A DNA stretch of 63,662 bases, counting the filler, from Olpidium bornovanus S191 (Eukaryota; Fungi; Olpidiomycota): assembly GCA_017911155.1 (NCBI GenBank). It is 32 parts of 32 records of this genome, joined end to end, with 100 filler letters (N's around TTAATTAATTAA, not from the genome) between each part and the next. Parts side by side here need not be neighbours in the genome. Positions count along the whole stretch, not along the records: positions 34,219 to 36,758 come from JAEFCI010008755.1; positions 36,859 to 38,524 come from JAEFCI010009318.1; positions 38,625 to 39,805 come from JAEFCI010006852.1; positions 39,906 to 41,844 come from JAEFCI010000984.1; positions 41,945 to 43,236 come from JAEFCI010013224.1; positions 43,337 to 44,336 come from JAEFCI010000113.1; positions 44,437 to 46,257 come from JAEFCI010012652.1; positions 46,358 to 48,051 come from JAEFCI010008141.1; 24 more parts are not named here. One strand, given 5' to 3'. Position numbers and translations under genes: made by a program. Under the pieces are notes generated by a model. It did no database searches, had not been told where the DNA came from, and was given only the letters and a program-made list of their open reading frames with translations. How positions within the stretch are numbered: the stretch's first letter is position 1; each line of letters starts with the position of its first letter. This document shows, piece by piece, positions 34,500 to 46,676 of this stretch.

Positions 34500-35860
34500 T
34501 CCGACTACGGAGATGACGGAGGTGGTGGAGAGTAAGTGCTACACTTCGGAGCGGTGTTGTATTCCAGCGTAGCAGCCGCGAGAAACGTTCCGCGCAGATA
34601 TTTTTTTTATTTGAGGACGCTCACCGGCTGCGCCGTTTCTCAACAACCGGCTACTGATCCCGTTTGCAGCAATTACGACGAGGGAGACTATGACGATGTA
34701 CGTCGTCGGTTGCTCGTAGGCGGTGGCAGGGAGAACAGCGGGCGCGTGAGGAATGTCTTCGCCATACGGTGCACGCGGCGCGAAACGGAGGAGGTCATGG
34801 TTGGAGGTGCAACCGCGGGAACGCCTGATGCCTTTGCCTGCGTGGAGTGCGCCGTATCAACATAGGTGCAAGTTCTGGGGGAGGAAAAAGGGGGGGAGAA
34901 GAAGGGGGAAATGGGGGGATGGGGGGATGGGGTGCGGGGGACAAGGGCAAAACGATTGTTCGGCGACTTTTACCACGTCAAACGCAAATTTCGTGGACGA
35001 CGTGGGGTGGAGTGGGGATTTGGTTATCGTGAAAATTCACGCTCGACACGCACTCATTTCTCCCCGCCCTTCTCCCCCCGCTGCGGGCCCGGTTTAAAAA
35101 AAAACGCCCCAGAACGGCTTCAACGAGGACGAAGACTTCAATGACCGTCCCGAAGACTGGCAAGATGATATCGTCGAGAACGGCATGCGGGCCGGCGAGG
35201 GGGGCGCGGTGGACATCCTGGCCAATCCGAACCAGGATGACGAGGGAGCTCAGCAGCTCGCGGCGGAGCAGGGGCGGCAACCGGCGAAAGAGCGCATAAC
35301 GACGCCCTACCTGACCAAGTACGAGAGGGCAAGGATGCTGGGCATCCGGGCGATGCAGATAAGGTGGGTCGGGGGTGCTCGGGAGTGAGGAGGCGCGCGC
35401 GCCGTCCGTGTGTCGACCAGGGGATGCCGGAATGTGCACTCTCCACCATTTGCTTTGAGGGATTCCCGCTGTTGCAGGCGTCCGTCCTTTATGCCGCCAT
35501 AGAGTGGACGTGCAGGTCCTGACAAGAATAATACTTTTTCTGGGGGGAGGAATGAGGGTTGGAAAAAAAAAAAAACAACCCACCGTTCACAATTTTCTAG
35601 GCGCCGGAGGATTTTGCCATGGGGTTCTTTGATTGCATACGATTCTGATATATACATATGTACACACCCTCTTTTTTTTTCTCTCCTGCGCGACCGGCAG
35701 CATGAACGCACCTGTCCTAGTCGACCTAGACGGCGAATCGGATCCGCTGGTCATCGCGATGAAGGAACTCAAGGAGAAGAAGATACCGCTCATCGTGCGG
35801 CGGTACCTCCCCAACGGCACGTACGAGGACTGGAAGCTGGAGGAGCTACAGCTCGAGTGA
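34500..35860 (+). CDS. RPB6: RNA polymerase I/II/III shared subunit RPB6, multi-exon; ATG not visible
   Basis: [11 protein letters not shown]|NYDEGDYDD|..[24 protein letters not shown]|[50 protein letters not shown]. Confidence 0.96.
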
Positions 35861-36504
35861 CGAGCAAGTCAGGGGAAGGAGGTGGGGACGGGAAGGGAAG
35901 AAAGAACGATTATGGACCTCGGAACCTTCGCGAGGAAGGGGGGGGGGACAACAGAGATTTCGTTTATTTTTCCAGCTGTTTTTTTTGTTTTGTGTGGAGG
36001 GAGGCGGGGCTTTGGCGCCCGTAGATGTGCGTGAGTGTGCGCACGGGTGAATGGGCAGGTCACGTGTGGGGAGGGAACGCACTCGTGCAGCCAAAGCATG
36101 TTACGCGGACGGGCCCGGATTACAGAAATTTTCGGGAGCTGGGCTAAAAAGAAATCATAGCGAAAGAAATCCCACGCAAACCGCGTCATGCTCATTTCCT
36201 CCGCGTGGGGGGAAGGGCTGGGGGGGGGGGGGGAGGGGAAGACTCGGTTTCGGTCCGCCGTCGCCCGGGGAACACCTGTAAAAAAAAAAAAACCAAAACC
36301 AAAAAAAAAACGTTGGCGGTTCCAGTTTCAGATGTGAAATTGAAGCAGTTTATTTTTTCGCCGACTTTTGTCTGAATTCCGGAAATCCCGCGGTTTTCCG
36401 TGATTTGTAATTCCCCGCTGTGCCGGCCTTTCCCCCCCAAAAAGATAGTTTTGTTTAGGGTGGCCGGATTGCGCGCCGGTTGCTTTACGTGCGCAACTTT
36501 TGTT

Positions 36505-36543
<39 letters not shown>

Positions 36544-36574
36544 CTTTTGTCTCGTGTGTCGTGTGAGTTGCTCC

Positions 36575-36607
<33 letters not shown>

Positions 36608-36699
36608 GGGAAAATTTAAAGGGGGGGGGGGGGAGGGAGGGGGGGGCCAGGAGGAAACCAAGTCAGGGGGGCGGGGGGCAGGCCCCCAGGGAGGCGGGG

Positions 36700-36745
<46 letters not shown>

Positions 36746-36858
36746 AAAAAAAAAAAAANNNNNNNNNNNNNNNNNNNNNNNNNNNNNNNNNNNNNNNNNN
36801 NNTTAATTAATTAANNNNNNNNNNNNNNNNNNNNNNNNNNNNNNNNNNNNNNNNNNNN

Positions 36859-37440
36859 ACCAAGCAGTTTTGTGTGCGCATCGTGACGTGCATCGGCTAT
36901 TTCCCCAGCTGCTGTCAGACACAGGCTGGCTCTTCCATCGAACCAGGAACCCGTAACCCCCGATGAGATCATATACATGATCGATGACACAATCCACGTA
37001 GAATTCAGAGTCGATACCTGTGATGTTGTCAAACGGTTAAATACCGGGTTGGTCGTCCTCAGGAAGATTCCAACACACCGGATTGTACATGAGGTTTTCT
37101 ATGATCGTGGTGTCCATGCGCTCGACAATAGCACCGGTGTTGAGATTCCATAGGCAATACCCTTTTGGACATCAGAGAGTAGCCAACCAAGACCAACTTC
37201 TCGCAGGCGGGAGCAAGGGTTGTAAGAGCATTCTTTGCGCAGAATGTGCGAGAAAGCGTAAATTCTGAGGACACGTAAATACGATAAGTTGGGCTTCACG
37301 TGGCGGATGGGATTAACGACTGAAACAGGAAATTTCCCATGAAACGAATGAGGGTAACGGTTATGTACATGAACCACCGCTTTCCAAACCTCGAGAAATA
37401 ATTTTATTGGCAGCTTCGAAGCATGCTTGGTTGCCTTCAC
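36859..37440 (-). mobile_element. Degenerate copia-type integrase C-terminus/SH3 followed in frame by a chromodomain
   Basis: KLPIKLFLEVWKAVVHVHNRYPHSFHGKFP..KPNLSYLRV..EKLVLVGYS..KGYCLWNLNTGAIVERMDTTIIE; in the same frame after one stop (37037-37039): EFYVDCVIDHVYDLIGGYGFLVRWKSQPVSDSSW(E). Confidence 0.8.
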
Positions 37441-38341
37441 GCGTTTATCTTTGATTGTGCGGAAAAAGCGTTTGGCAATCCCGTTCCGCTGAGGTGTCTC
37501 ACGAATTGTGAGCTGTTAGACGATTCCGCTGTCGGCAAAGAACGCTTTGTAGCCTGCCAAAAGGAATTCGCCTGCAATTTTGTCTCGCCCCATCCCGCCG
37601 CCGCGCATGTCCGGGCGTGGGGCACCGAGAGGGGTCCCCGTGGGGACGGGGCTGGGCCGCAAATTCCAGGAAAAGCCTCGCGGAGAGCGCACGCCCGCGA
37701 CTGCAACGCACTTGTGTGAGTCTCCATAAAGCGATTTTTATTTTAATTTATTCTACGCGCGAAACAAAAAAAAGGAGGAAAAAAAACAACAAAATGAAAG
37801 GGTGCGTGGCCCGGGGCAATCGACCCCCCCACCCTCCCCCACCTGGTTCCCAAGTGCACAGAAGACGGCGCGGAGAATGCCAAGCGAATGTGCTGCACGT
37901 CTCCGCAAAATTCAGGTTTTTGTGCCGAGCGAGCCTTCCTTGCAGACCCGATGCGCTCAGGCCTCGAAGAGGAGAAGGCAAGCCGTTTTCGTCTGGGGCC
38001 CGACTGGATTGTTTTTTGCTCACCAATCAATCCATCAATTAATCAATCGATCAATCAAATCAGTCCGAAAACGTTTGCTGAACCCACCGACAGGCAAAAA
38101 AAAAGAAAAAAAAACGCGTCACAGAGATTGTGCGCTGTTTCGCCCACTCGCTCTCTCCCCTCGCTCGGAGAATCCTCCCCGCCCACCATCCTCACCCCTG
38201 CTGCCGTCGGAGGCCCCCCCCCCTCTCCCGCCGACGCTCGCTGCTGTGCGACGCCAGAGCCGGAACACGGACAAACGGCAATCGCGCGGGCGGGTGTGCG
38301 TCGGCCTTCGCAGGTAGCGAGCCCCGCCCTCGGCCGGCGTA

Positions 38342-38441
38342 ATGGCGGCGATAGTTGAAAAAAGCCTCCAGGCAAATCAGGCGCAGGCGCCGCCGCAGTT
38401 GGAAAAGGCCATCGAACTCGAATACGCCATCGGCTTCGGAG
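38342..38441 (+). CDS. CFAP52: First exon of a probable flagellar WD40 protein CFAP52/WDR16
   Basis: MAAIVEKSLQANQAQAPPQLEKAIELEYAIGFG|G then a GTGAAT donor; resembles the recalled CFAP52 N-terminal motif LELDAVIGFNG. Only 33 codons visible. Confidence 0.5.
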
Positions 38442-39297
38442 GTGAATCTCCCCGCATTCGGAAAAAAATTCTCGGACCTTCTCACCTTTGCCGGGGCGGG
38501 GAGTGTCGCCGTGACCCCCCTCCCNNNNNNNNNNNNNNNNNNNNNNNNNNNNNNNNNNNNNNNNNNNNTTAATTAATTAANNNNNNNNNNNNNNNNNNNN
38601 NNNNNNNNNNNNNNNNNNNNNNNNAATCGAAGGGTGAGACCGCGCATTTGCGGCGCGAAAGACACCCTCGCCAGCCAACGCAGACAACGTCCGTTCCGTC
38701 GCACCGTCCCCGTACTGCCGCGTCTGTCCACCATCACTGCCCGACGAGCGCCGTCCTCGTCTTCCAACCATTCACCTTGGCAGCAGTGATGTTCGAGAGC
38801 TGTGCCTTTCGCCCGCTCGCGCGGTGCTGGTTGGTGTCTGCGTGTGAGTGCGAGTGTGTGTGTTTGTGGGGGGGGGGGGGGGCATGGCACCGGGGCGAAA
38901 GCAGGAGAGCGTGAATTCGCGCCAGGGCAGGACTGCGTGCCGGCTCTCAAAAGTAGAGGGCGTCTTGAAATTCTCCGGGAAGCACAAGCAGGGTCGGCGC
39001 GGTCCGCAGACAAGGAGACGCCGAGGCCGGGCTCTCCCGCCGTTCCAGCCGCGCCCAGCCAGGGCCCAGAAGAGAGACGGGCGAAAAGGGAAACGGAGAA
39101 CGAAGACGCGAGACGGACGCAAAACGAGGGGGGGGGTTTCTCCGCGCCTTACTGATGACGACGGCGTTCATTGTGGGCCGGCGCTCTCGGGAGGGGCGTG
39201 CCCGTTCAAACGAAGTTTTTTTTTTTTTTTTTTTTTTTTTTTTCGGTCTCGCGAAGTCGCGACCTTGGGTTGTTCCCGTGTCTCTGTCCCGTGCCGA

Positions 39298-39332
<35 letters not shown>

Positions 39333-39905
39333 CCCGTTGGTTTTTCTTTTCCTATGGAGAAGTTGCCGTTTCGGCGCGCGAAGGTCCCGTCCGCCGGCGG
39401 GGATCTCGGGCCTTCTTTGCGTCCCTGCCAACCTCCGTCGCCCCCGCTCTCTCCCCCACGGGCCCCTCCGAGCGGCCCCACACCCCGTCGCGGAAACAAC
39501 ACGTTGCCGTCGCCGAACGGAATGCTCTCTGATGCCGGATTTCAGGGGAAGAATCCTGCAAATATCTGGCAAAACATCTGCTCACCGCGCCGTCATCTCG
39601 CTGGCAGCGTTTATACACTTGGACCGGTGAATTGACCAGTTCTCTGCAGGGAGGAATTTCGACCTCGCCAGCGTTGAACTTACGCTGGTGGATCAATTTT
39701 TTGGGGGGGAAGAGTTTTGGCCAGAGAGGCCCTCGAATCAAAAAATAGAAGGCCATCCTGAATACTTCACGCTGTGACGTGCTGCATTAATTACTGGTCA
39801 GCATGNNNNNNNNNNNNNNNNNNNNNNNNNNNNNNNNNNNNNNNNNNNNTTAATTAATTAANNNNNNNNNNNNNNNNNNNNNNNNNNNNNNNNNNNNNNN
39901 NNNNN

Positions 39906-41060
39906 AGGTGCTGCACGGGAAGGCACAGACGAAGAAGCTGAATGCAGAGGCAGAACTCAGGAAGCCGAAGCTGCCAAAGCTGCGCAAAGGAAGCGGGCGC
40001 CGCCGCCAAAGGTCAAACCAGGAAAGCCCTCCTCCGAGCGCGCGGAAGAAGAAGAGGAAGAAGAGGGGGAGGAAGTCCCCGTCCCCTCTTCCCCGCCGTC
40101 AGAAGCTCCGCGCATGCTAAACCAGAGGCACTTCGCTATGGAGCTCCTGGAAAAATTCGGGATGTTAGACGCGAAACCAGTCGCAACCCCCGTTGAAACC
40201 GGGGCAATGGAAGCATTGACCGCCGCAAGTGAAGGAGGAAGGGAGCACGCTGAAAGATACGCGGAGGCTATCAGGTCACTGATGTGGCTATCCACGATGA
40301 CCAGACCGGACATGGCCTTCGCCACGTCATTCCTCGCCCGCTTCACGTCCTCACCTACTGCCAAGCATTGGAGCGCAGTCAAAAGAGCGCTACGTTACCT
40401 GGCGGGGACTAGATTACGGGCTGTGGTTCAACGAACCAAACTGGACCAATGCTGGAGGCGAGCTGGCCGTATTCTGTGATTCAGACTGGGCAGGATGCCG
40501 AATGACAAGGGCCTCAACCATGGGGATAGCGGGGAAGTTTGCAGACGGATTGGTGTCATGGAGGTCAGCAAGACAGAAATGTGTGGCCACATCCTCATGC
40601 GAAGCGGAATTTGTGGCAGGCTCCGCGGCTGCTCAGGAAGTCAAATGGCTACGTACTTTCATCAAGCTGATGGATCCCCATGTCATCGCCCAACCGACTG
40701 AGCTGATGATCGACAATACGGGCACGGCAGAGTTAGCGTCGGACAATAAGGTGTCGAAGAGGTCAAAACATATCGACATCCGGTACCACCATCTCCGCTG
40801 GTGCGCTGCAGAGGGAAGCATCAGCATACGCCGCATAGGAACGACCGAGAATCCCGCGGACATGTTCACCAAGCCCTTAGATATAATCAAGTTTGCCAAG
40901 TTTCGGGAAATGGTCGGCCTGCGTCCCGCGTAGGCAGCAAACAAGCTAACCGCCTGAGCCCAAGTGCCGTGAAAGGAAGGAGCGGCAATATATAGGCAGA
41001 TAGACATGACCATGGGTGTAATAGATTCCCTAGGAAAGGTGGGGTGTTGGAAAAAAGGGG
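39906..41060 (+). mobile_element. Ty1/copia 3' part: acidic linker, RT C-terminus, RNase H, PPT and start of the 3' LTR
   Basis: LNQRHFAMELLEKFGMLDAKPVATP..YAEAIRSLMWLSTMTRPDMAFATSFLARF..HWSAVKRALRYLAGT; CDSDWAG..SWRSARQKCVATSSCEAEF..IDNTG..KHIDIRYH..ENPADMFTKPL. Purine tract aggaaaggtgggg followed by TGTTGG at 41045. Confidence 0.92.
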
Positions 41061-41662
41061 GAAAGGGGGTCGGACGTAGCCGGTAGCGCAGACTCCTGCA
41101 GGAATCATCCCTCCTTTTTTCCCCCTGTAAACCCCGCACGCCGACGCCACACAAAACAAACCGAAAGCCTGTAGAAACTCTACAGCGTTCCGAACTGCGC
41201 AGTGCAGTCTCCAGCGTCCCCGACGTCCGCCGTCTCCGCCCTCCATCCTTGGTCCCTCCATTGTGCACTCGTCTTCCTTTGTCTCCTTTGGTTCCACGTC
41301 CGTCGTTCAGGCCCCCCCCCCCCACCCACACCGGCCAAATCGTCGGGGGTCTTCGAAGAGAAGGGCCTGCAGGAAAATCTTTCGTCCACTGCATAAACGG
41401 GCACACGTCGCGCCCTGGCCCCAACTCTTGGATGTGGCAGCCACCGCACGATAGGTCGCGACCTGTAAGTGCACCAATTCGAGCAGCCCGTTCGCTCCAG
41501 AAGAGGTGGGAGGGGGGGGGGGTGGGGTGGCTGGGGGGGCTTTTGCAAAATGGCCATCCTCGAAAGTTTTTTTGCATCCGCATTTTGCCCGCGGTGAAAG
41601 GTTACCAATATGCCCTGCGTCCGCGTTGTCTCCATTTTTTTTGTGTTTTTTTTTTTTTTTTT

Positions 41663-41794
41663 TCAGTAGCCGGCTTGGCCCCACCCCTCGGTACGCTGGT
41701 CTGCAGACGTGCAGGCGAGAATCGTGTTAAGCTTCTCGTGCAGAATCTCCAACGCCTCTAGGACAACATTCTCCGCAGCAATCGATCCAACAGT
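41663..41794 (-). CDS. RPB3: Last exon of RNA polymerase II subunit RPB3
   Basis: After a TAG acceptor: TVGSIAAENVVLEALEILHEKLNTIL..GY*, matching the RPB3 C-terminal ES(V/C)GS..E.(I/V)V..AL..L..KL pattern. Confidence 0.7.
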   Translation of the reverse strand, partial: TVGSIAAENVVLEALEILHEKLNTILACTSADQRTEGWGQAGY

Positions 41795-43336
41795 CTACGG
41801 AGATGAAGGGCGGCCCGTGTAAGCGTCGTGAGCCGCAGAACATGNNNNNNNNNNNNNNNNNNNNNNNNNNNNNNNNNNNNNNNNNNNNTTAATTAATTAA
41901 NNNNNNNNNNNNNNNNNNNNNNNNNNNNNNNNNNNNNNNNNNNNCGGGGAGGCTCACCGTGAAGTGGGAGAAGCTGGCGAGAACGTCGACCCTAGGCGCG
42001 CGCATGTTCTCGCAGGAGCTCCGCCGCGAACACTTCCAGAGCGAAAAGGTCTTCCTCGAGTTCCGCAAGTGGCGGGACCGGAAAAGACCCGGCGGGGCGC
42101 GGCAGCCGGAGCGAGACCGCGACGCGCACGGCAAGGCGTCGCCGGTGGAGAGCGACAGGACATCGGCGGGCGCGGCGTCACAGGCGGAGCGCGACCGGGG
42201 CGCGCGCAGCGAGGCGCCGCCAAGGAAGCACGACGGGAGGTCGGCGAGGCGCGACGGGCCGCCGAAGCGCGACGGGCCGCCGGCGGGCGAGGTGGGACGT
42301 CGTTTTGATTCGCTTTCGTCCGCAGTTCGAAAAAAAAATTTTATTCACACTGTTTTTTTTCTCCTCCATTGCTCCAACGGCCCTCTTTTACCTCCCGCCG
42401 GGCTTCGTCGCATTTGCGAACGTTCCCCTTTCCCCGTTCTCACACAGGCGCGACGCGGGTGGGAGCCGGCGGATCCTCCGCGCCGTCGTCCGCCGGGAGC
42501 GCCGAGAATCTGGAGGACGCGGTCTTCGCGAGCCGCGGTTTCGGCGACCCCGTCGCCGCCACCGCGCCGGCGGTAGGCCAGGCTGTCCCGCCGTCGCCGG
42601 GGAGGGGGAAGGCGGCGGAGGGAGGGAGGAAAGTTCCTGACGGACCGCGCACTCGTTAAGGAGCGGGACAGCGAGAGAGCGCGCGCGCGGAAACGAAACG
42701 CGCCGTGAGAGGGAAAAGAAAAACAGCTAGAACGAGGGCGTGGCCGGGGCACACACGCTCCTTTCGCGCCGTCCGCAACCACCCCCGTACAGTCGATGTC
42801 GGATTTTTCCAGGCCAGTTTGGAGAGGATCGCCAGCGAAAGAACTCGCTCGACGGGAACAGTTTTTTCAATGAACTCGTAGTTCCCCGGAAGGCCGCAAT
42901 TGTGCGAGTTAGCAAAATTTACAGGAAAGGTTATGCTTTATCCCCCCCCGCCGCCTTTCACTGTTTCCGCAGTTCGGCGGACTTAAATTCAAACGGATCG
43001 CGCCCCGCGGAGGTCCTGTTGAGAATTTGGAGGTGGGCGGCAGGGATACCTTGTTTACCCCAGGCCGGCCCCTCTCCCGAGGCAAACGCAGAGAAGTCGG
43101 ACCTCTCGGGTCGGGCATGCTTAGGGCAGTGAAATTTGTGTATTGCCGTTTCACGAACGCTACGTAATTCGCAAATGCGCAGAATCTCTAGCTGAGGAGG
43201 TGCTTGGCGAAAATATGCGAAATATCCGGGATTAGANNNNNNNNNNNNNNNNNNNNNNNNNNNNNNNNNNNNNNNNNNNNTTAATTAATTAANNNNNNNN
43301 NNNNNNNNNNNNNNNNNNNNNNNNNNNNNNNNNNNN

Positions 43337-43397
<61 letters not shown>

Positions 43398-44275
43398 ACG
43401 AAAAAAAGTATATATATTTTTTTTTCTCGCCGTCAAGCAGCAACTTCTGACACCCCGGTAACGCGCGCGAGAACGAAAGAGTTTTCCTTTCTCGCATCAA
43501 GCAGCAGCTTCTCCGGCCGGCCGCCGTCACGCTCTTCGCCGTTCGGCGGCGAGGCGCCTGGCGAAGCTCCCGGTATACACCTGCAGGGAGACAGGGGAAG
43601 GATCGTGAGCGGGCCCGCGCAAAGGGGGCCGCAAACATCTTGCAAAAGCAGCAGAGATCTCTCAGTGCCGGCAGTGACCGGAGCAAACCGATCTGGCGGG
43701 TGCCGTGGAATCTTTTTTGCTTGTCATCTGCCCCAGCCCGATCCGCAGTCACCAACAGCATTTGATCAAGGCAAGCTTTGGCGTTATCAGGGCCTCACCG
43801 TCGACGTCGCCCGTCGTCAACAAGCCGACATGCAATAAGTTGGCAAGCGCGTCACCGCAGTCTGAATGCCAGTCCCTGCTAGTTACCGAGCTGGAGCCGC
43901 TCCTCGTCGGCCCGAACCTCCCTCACACCGGCAGTTGCTGATGCCCAGGGTCACCGATGCCGAAGGTCGCCGCTGTCGTCGACGATCGTTGTCGAGGCAG
44001 CTTGCCCCCCACTCAGGGGACCTGCAGCCCGACCAGTCCATATTGCCCGCACGGGCCCCGGCCCGCGTCCTCGGAAGCGGACGGACGTGAAGCACACCCT
44101 CAGTCTCAATGAGAACGGGGGTGGCAACCGGGGCCGCAGGCAGGGCCCGAAGTGCCAGGGGCACAAGCGGTCGTAGAACCAGCGCCTTTCCGTAGCGAAC
44201 ACAAAGTGCGCCCTTCAACGTCCCGGGGCGCGGTCTTCCCGCCAGCGAGCCTCACGGCACAGGTGAGGACGCGGG

Positions 44276-44323
<48 letters not shown>

Positions 44324-44763
44324 CGCGGGGCCCCCCNNNNNNNNNNNNNNNNNNNNNNNNNNNNNNNNNNNNNNNNNNNNTTAATTAATTAANNNNNNNN
44401 NNNNNNNNNNNNNNNNNNNNNNNNNNNNNNNNNNNNGCCGTCTCTCGGGTGGTCGTGGCGGTGGCGGCGGCGGGGGCGGCGGCGGCGGCAAGTAGCGCGG
44501 TCGGGCGGCTGGGAGGCGGGCTCGGCGTTCACTGAGTGGCAGGCAGGTCGACGCATGTCGAGATGGTAGAGATGACGGTAGCAAGGTGTCAAGGCACAGG
44601 GGAGCAGAAGCAGATGGTGCTAATGAAGAAGTGCTACGGCCGGCTTTTTTTGTACGCCTTTGTTTACGTGTAGTAGTGGGAGCCTTCCGAGAAGGAAGGC
44701 CCAGTCTACTTCGGCGTTTTGTTGTCACGTGACCTCCAGGGTGCTTACCACTCGTGCTCCAAC

Positions 44764-44796
<33 letters not shown>

Positions 44797-45262
44797 CCCC
44801 CCCCCCCCCCCCCCCCCCGTTCCTCCGCGCTTCAACGGCCGCCCGCCGCCCGCCCGGAACGCCCCTGCCGTTTCCGGGTCCCTCCCCTCCCTTCCCTGCG
44901 CAAGCGTGCAGCCCGCCGCCGCCACGCTTTCCCGCCAGCCGCCCCGCTTCTCCTTCCCCGACCCCGGCCCCGCCCCGCTGGGAGCAACGCGGGAAAGGCC
45001 GGAATGGGAGCCGGTGTTGGGAGTTTTGGAGCGCCGCGTCGCACTTGGGGCTCGTCGCCCCGTGCTCCGCAGGGGCCCGACCGCCCGATCCTTCCGGCTG
45101 TCGTGAGCTCGGCCGGCACACGGCACGCGGACGGACGCATCTTGGGCGCGCACGACGAGCCTCTCTGCTGGACACTGCAGGTGGGTCGGTGGTTCTGGCG
45201 GGTCATCGACTTCCTGGCAGCGCGCCGTTCCGCCCAGGGTTGTTTCGGCGGAGCTTCGACGA

Positions 45263-46257
45263 GTGCCCAGGGCCGAAGAAAGAGAGAAAGCGCGCAGTGG
45301 TCGCCGGACGCCACGTCAGGATCGTTCTGCGCAACTGACAAGAATATACCCATCCCCGCAGTATCCACGACCGCTCTCCAAACTGGCGCGGGTCTCGGCC
45401 GTCGCCGGCTCCGGCCCGGCCGCACCGATCGTCGTGCCGTCAGATGGCGAGGGTGACGAACGGGTTTGCGATGGCGCGGGTGACGAGGAGGCCTGCGAAA
45501 TAACCGACCTTCATGCTGTTCCGGTCCCCTCGAGTCAGCGATATTTAGGCGCCGTTCCGTTGCAGACGTGCAGCGGCTGCGGATCCGGGCGCATGCCTCA
45601 GGTTCTGGAGCTCTCGTCAGGATCCGACAACGAGTTTATTCTGAACGCGCCGCCAGCGGGGACGTGTCGCGCTGTTGCTGTCGCCCGGAAACGAAAACGA
45701 AGAAGACTCTCGGAGTTCCGCAGAGAGCACTGTGTGCGCTTCCCTGGTGGAAGTCCGCAGCACCTAATAGACTTGACCGCTGATTCGGAGCCGTCGTCAG
45801 ACGGCTCGGCCTCTGACGGGGAGCAGACTGTCAATGAGAGAGAGTCCGAGGGTCGTGAAGAATTTGACGAACCAGATTTTGGGGCGCTCGACGTAACAAA
45901 AGAGATTGTGAAGAGTTTACGTGGTGCGTTCTTTTATTGCTAACACAAAGGCGGTTTGAGATGGCGGTTGGCGGTTGGCATTGTCGATGGCCTTATTCGT
46001 AAAAGCTGAACTTCCCTGGTGTTCTGTGCCCGCTTTATTTTTTTTCCGCAAAATGTTTATCAGAAGGAGCCATTCGCGAGCGCGCCTTGGCCAACCGCCC
46101 ACAATCGCTTGACTGCTATGCCGCCCACGTGGTTAGTTTTTTTGAGATTCGGGACGTTTTATCGAAATGCAGGACCTTCGCTGCTGCGGATTCGCAAGGC
46201 TTACTAGCAACCGTACATTTGCTACCACCAGAAAAGTCTTGGAAGTGCTCATGTGAA
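45263..46257 (+). CDS. Internal fragment of an acidic nuclear protein with several SIM-like motifs
   Basis: CEITDL, VLELSSGSD and LIDLTADSE in a disordered acidic ORF; GT donor near 45924; next exon EGAIRERALANRPQSLDCYAAHVVSFFEIRDVLSKC. Family not identified. Confidence 0.45.
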
Positions 46258-46676
46258 NNNNNNNNNNNNNNNNNNNNNNNNNNNNNNNNNNNNNNNNNNN
46301 NTTAATTAATTAANNNNNNNNNNNNNNNNNNNNNNNNNNNNNNNNNNNNNNNNNNNNGCCTTTCGCTCTCGCCAGCGAAAGCGAGGGATCCCTGCGGGCG
46401 GGCCTGCGGGGACGGTGGAGGGGTCCTGGAAAAAATAATATACCATCCCCTCGGGGGGAAAAAAGGGGGGGGGGGGAGGGGGGGGGGGGGAGGGAGGGAG
46501 GGAAACGCGGGGCGGGGCGCCGCGAGAAATAGAGACACGTTGGCGAACCTGTCCCTCCCATTGCCGGCGACCGACAACAACGGAAAAAAAAAAATGCCGT
46601 TTCCTCTCCTTCCCCGGCCCCCACACAACCTCGCGCTCCCCTGCCCCCGCCGCGCTCGGAACTTAAAAAAAATTAC

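Noticed and set aside
39560-39700. Possible fungal transcription-factor exon (HRSKCINAASEMTAR, minus strand)
   Set aside because: Only a vague resemblance over about 15 residues; not supportable.
41045-41792. 748-bp LTR bounded by TGTTGGA..TCCAACA
   Set aside because: The TCCAACA falls inside the RPB3 last exon (T-V-G codons on the minus strand), so the match is coincidental; the true LTR end was not determined.
41945-42300. Coding-looking exons on several contigs (also 18004-18276, 43590-44230, 52211-52268, 61580-61710)
   Set aside because: Plausibly real exons, but no family could be recognised, so no call is made.
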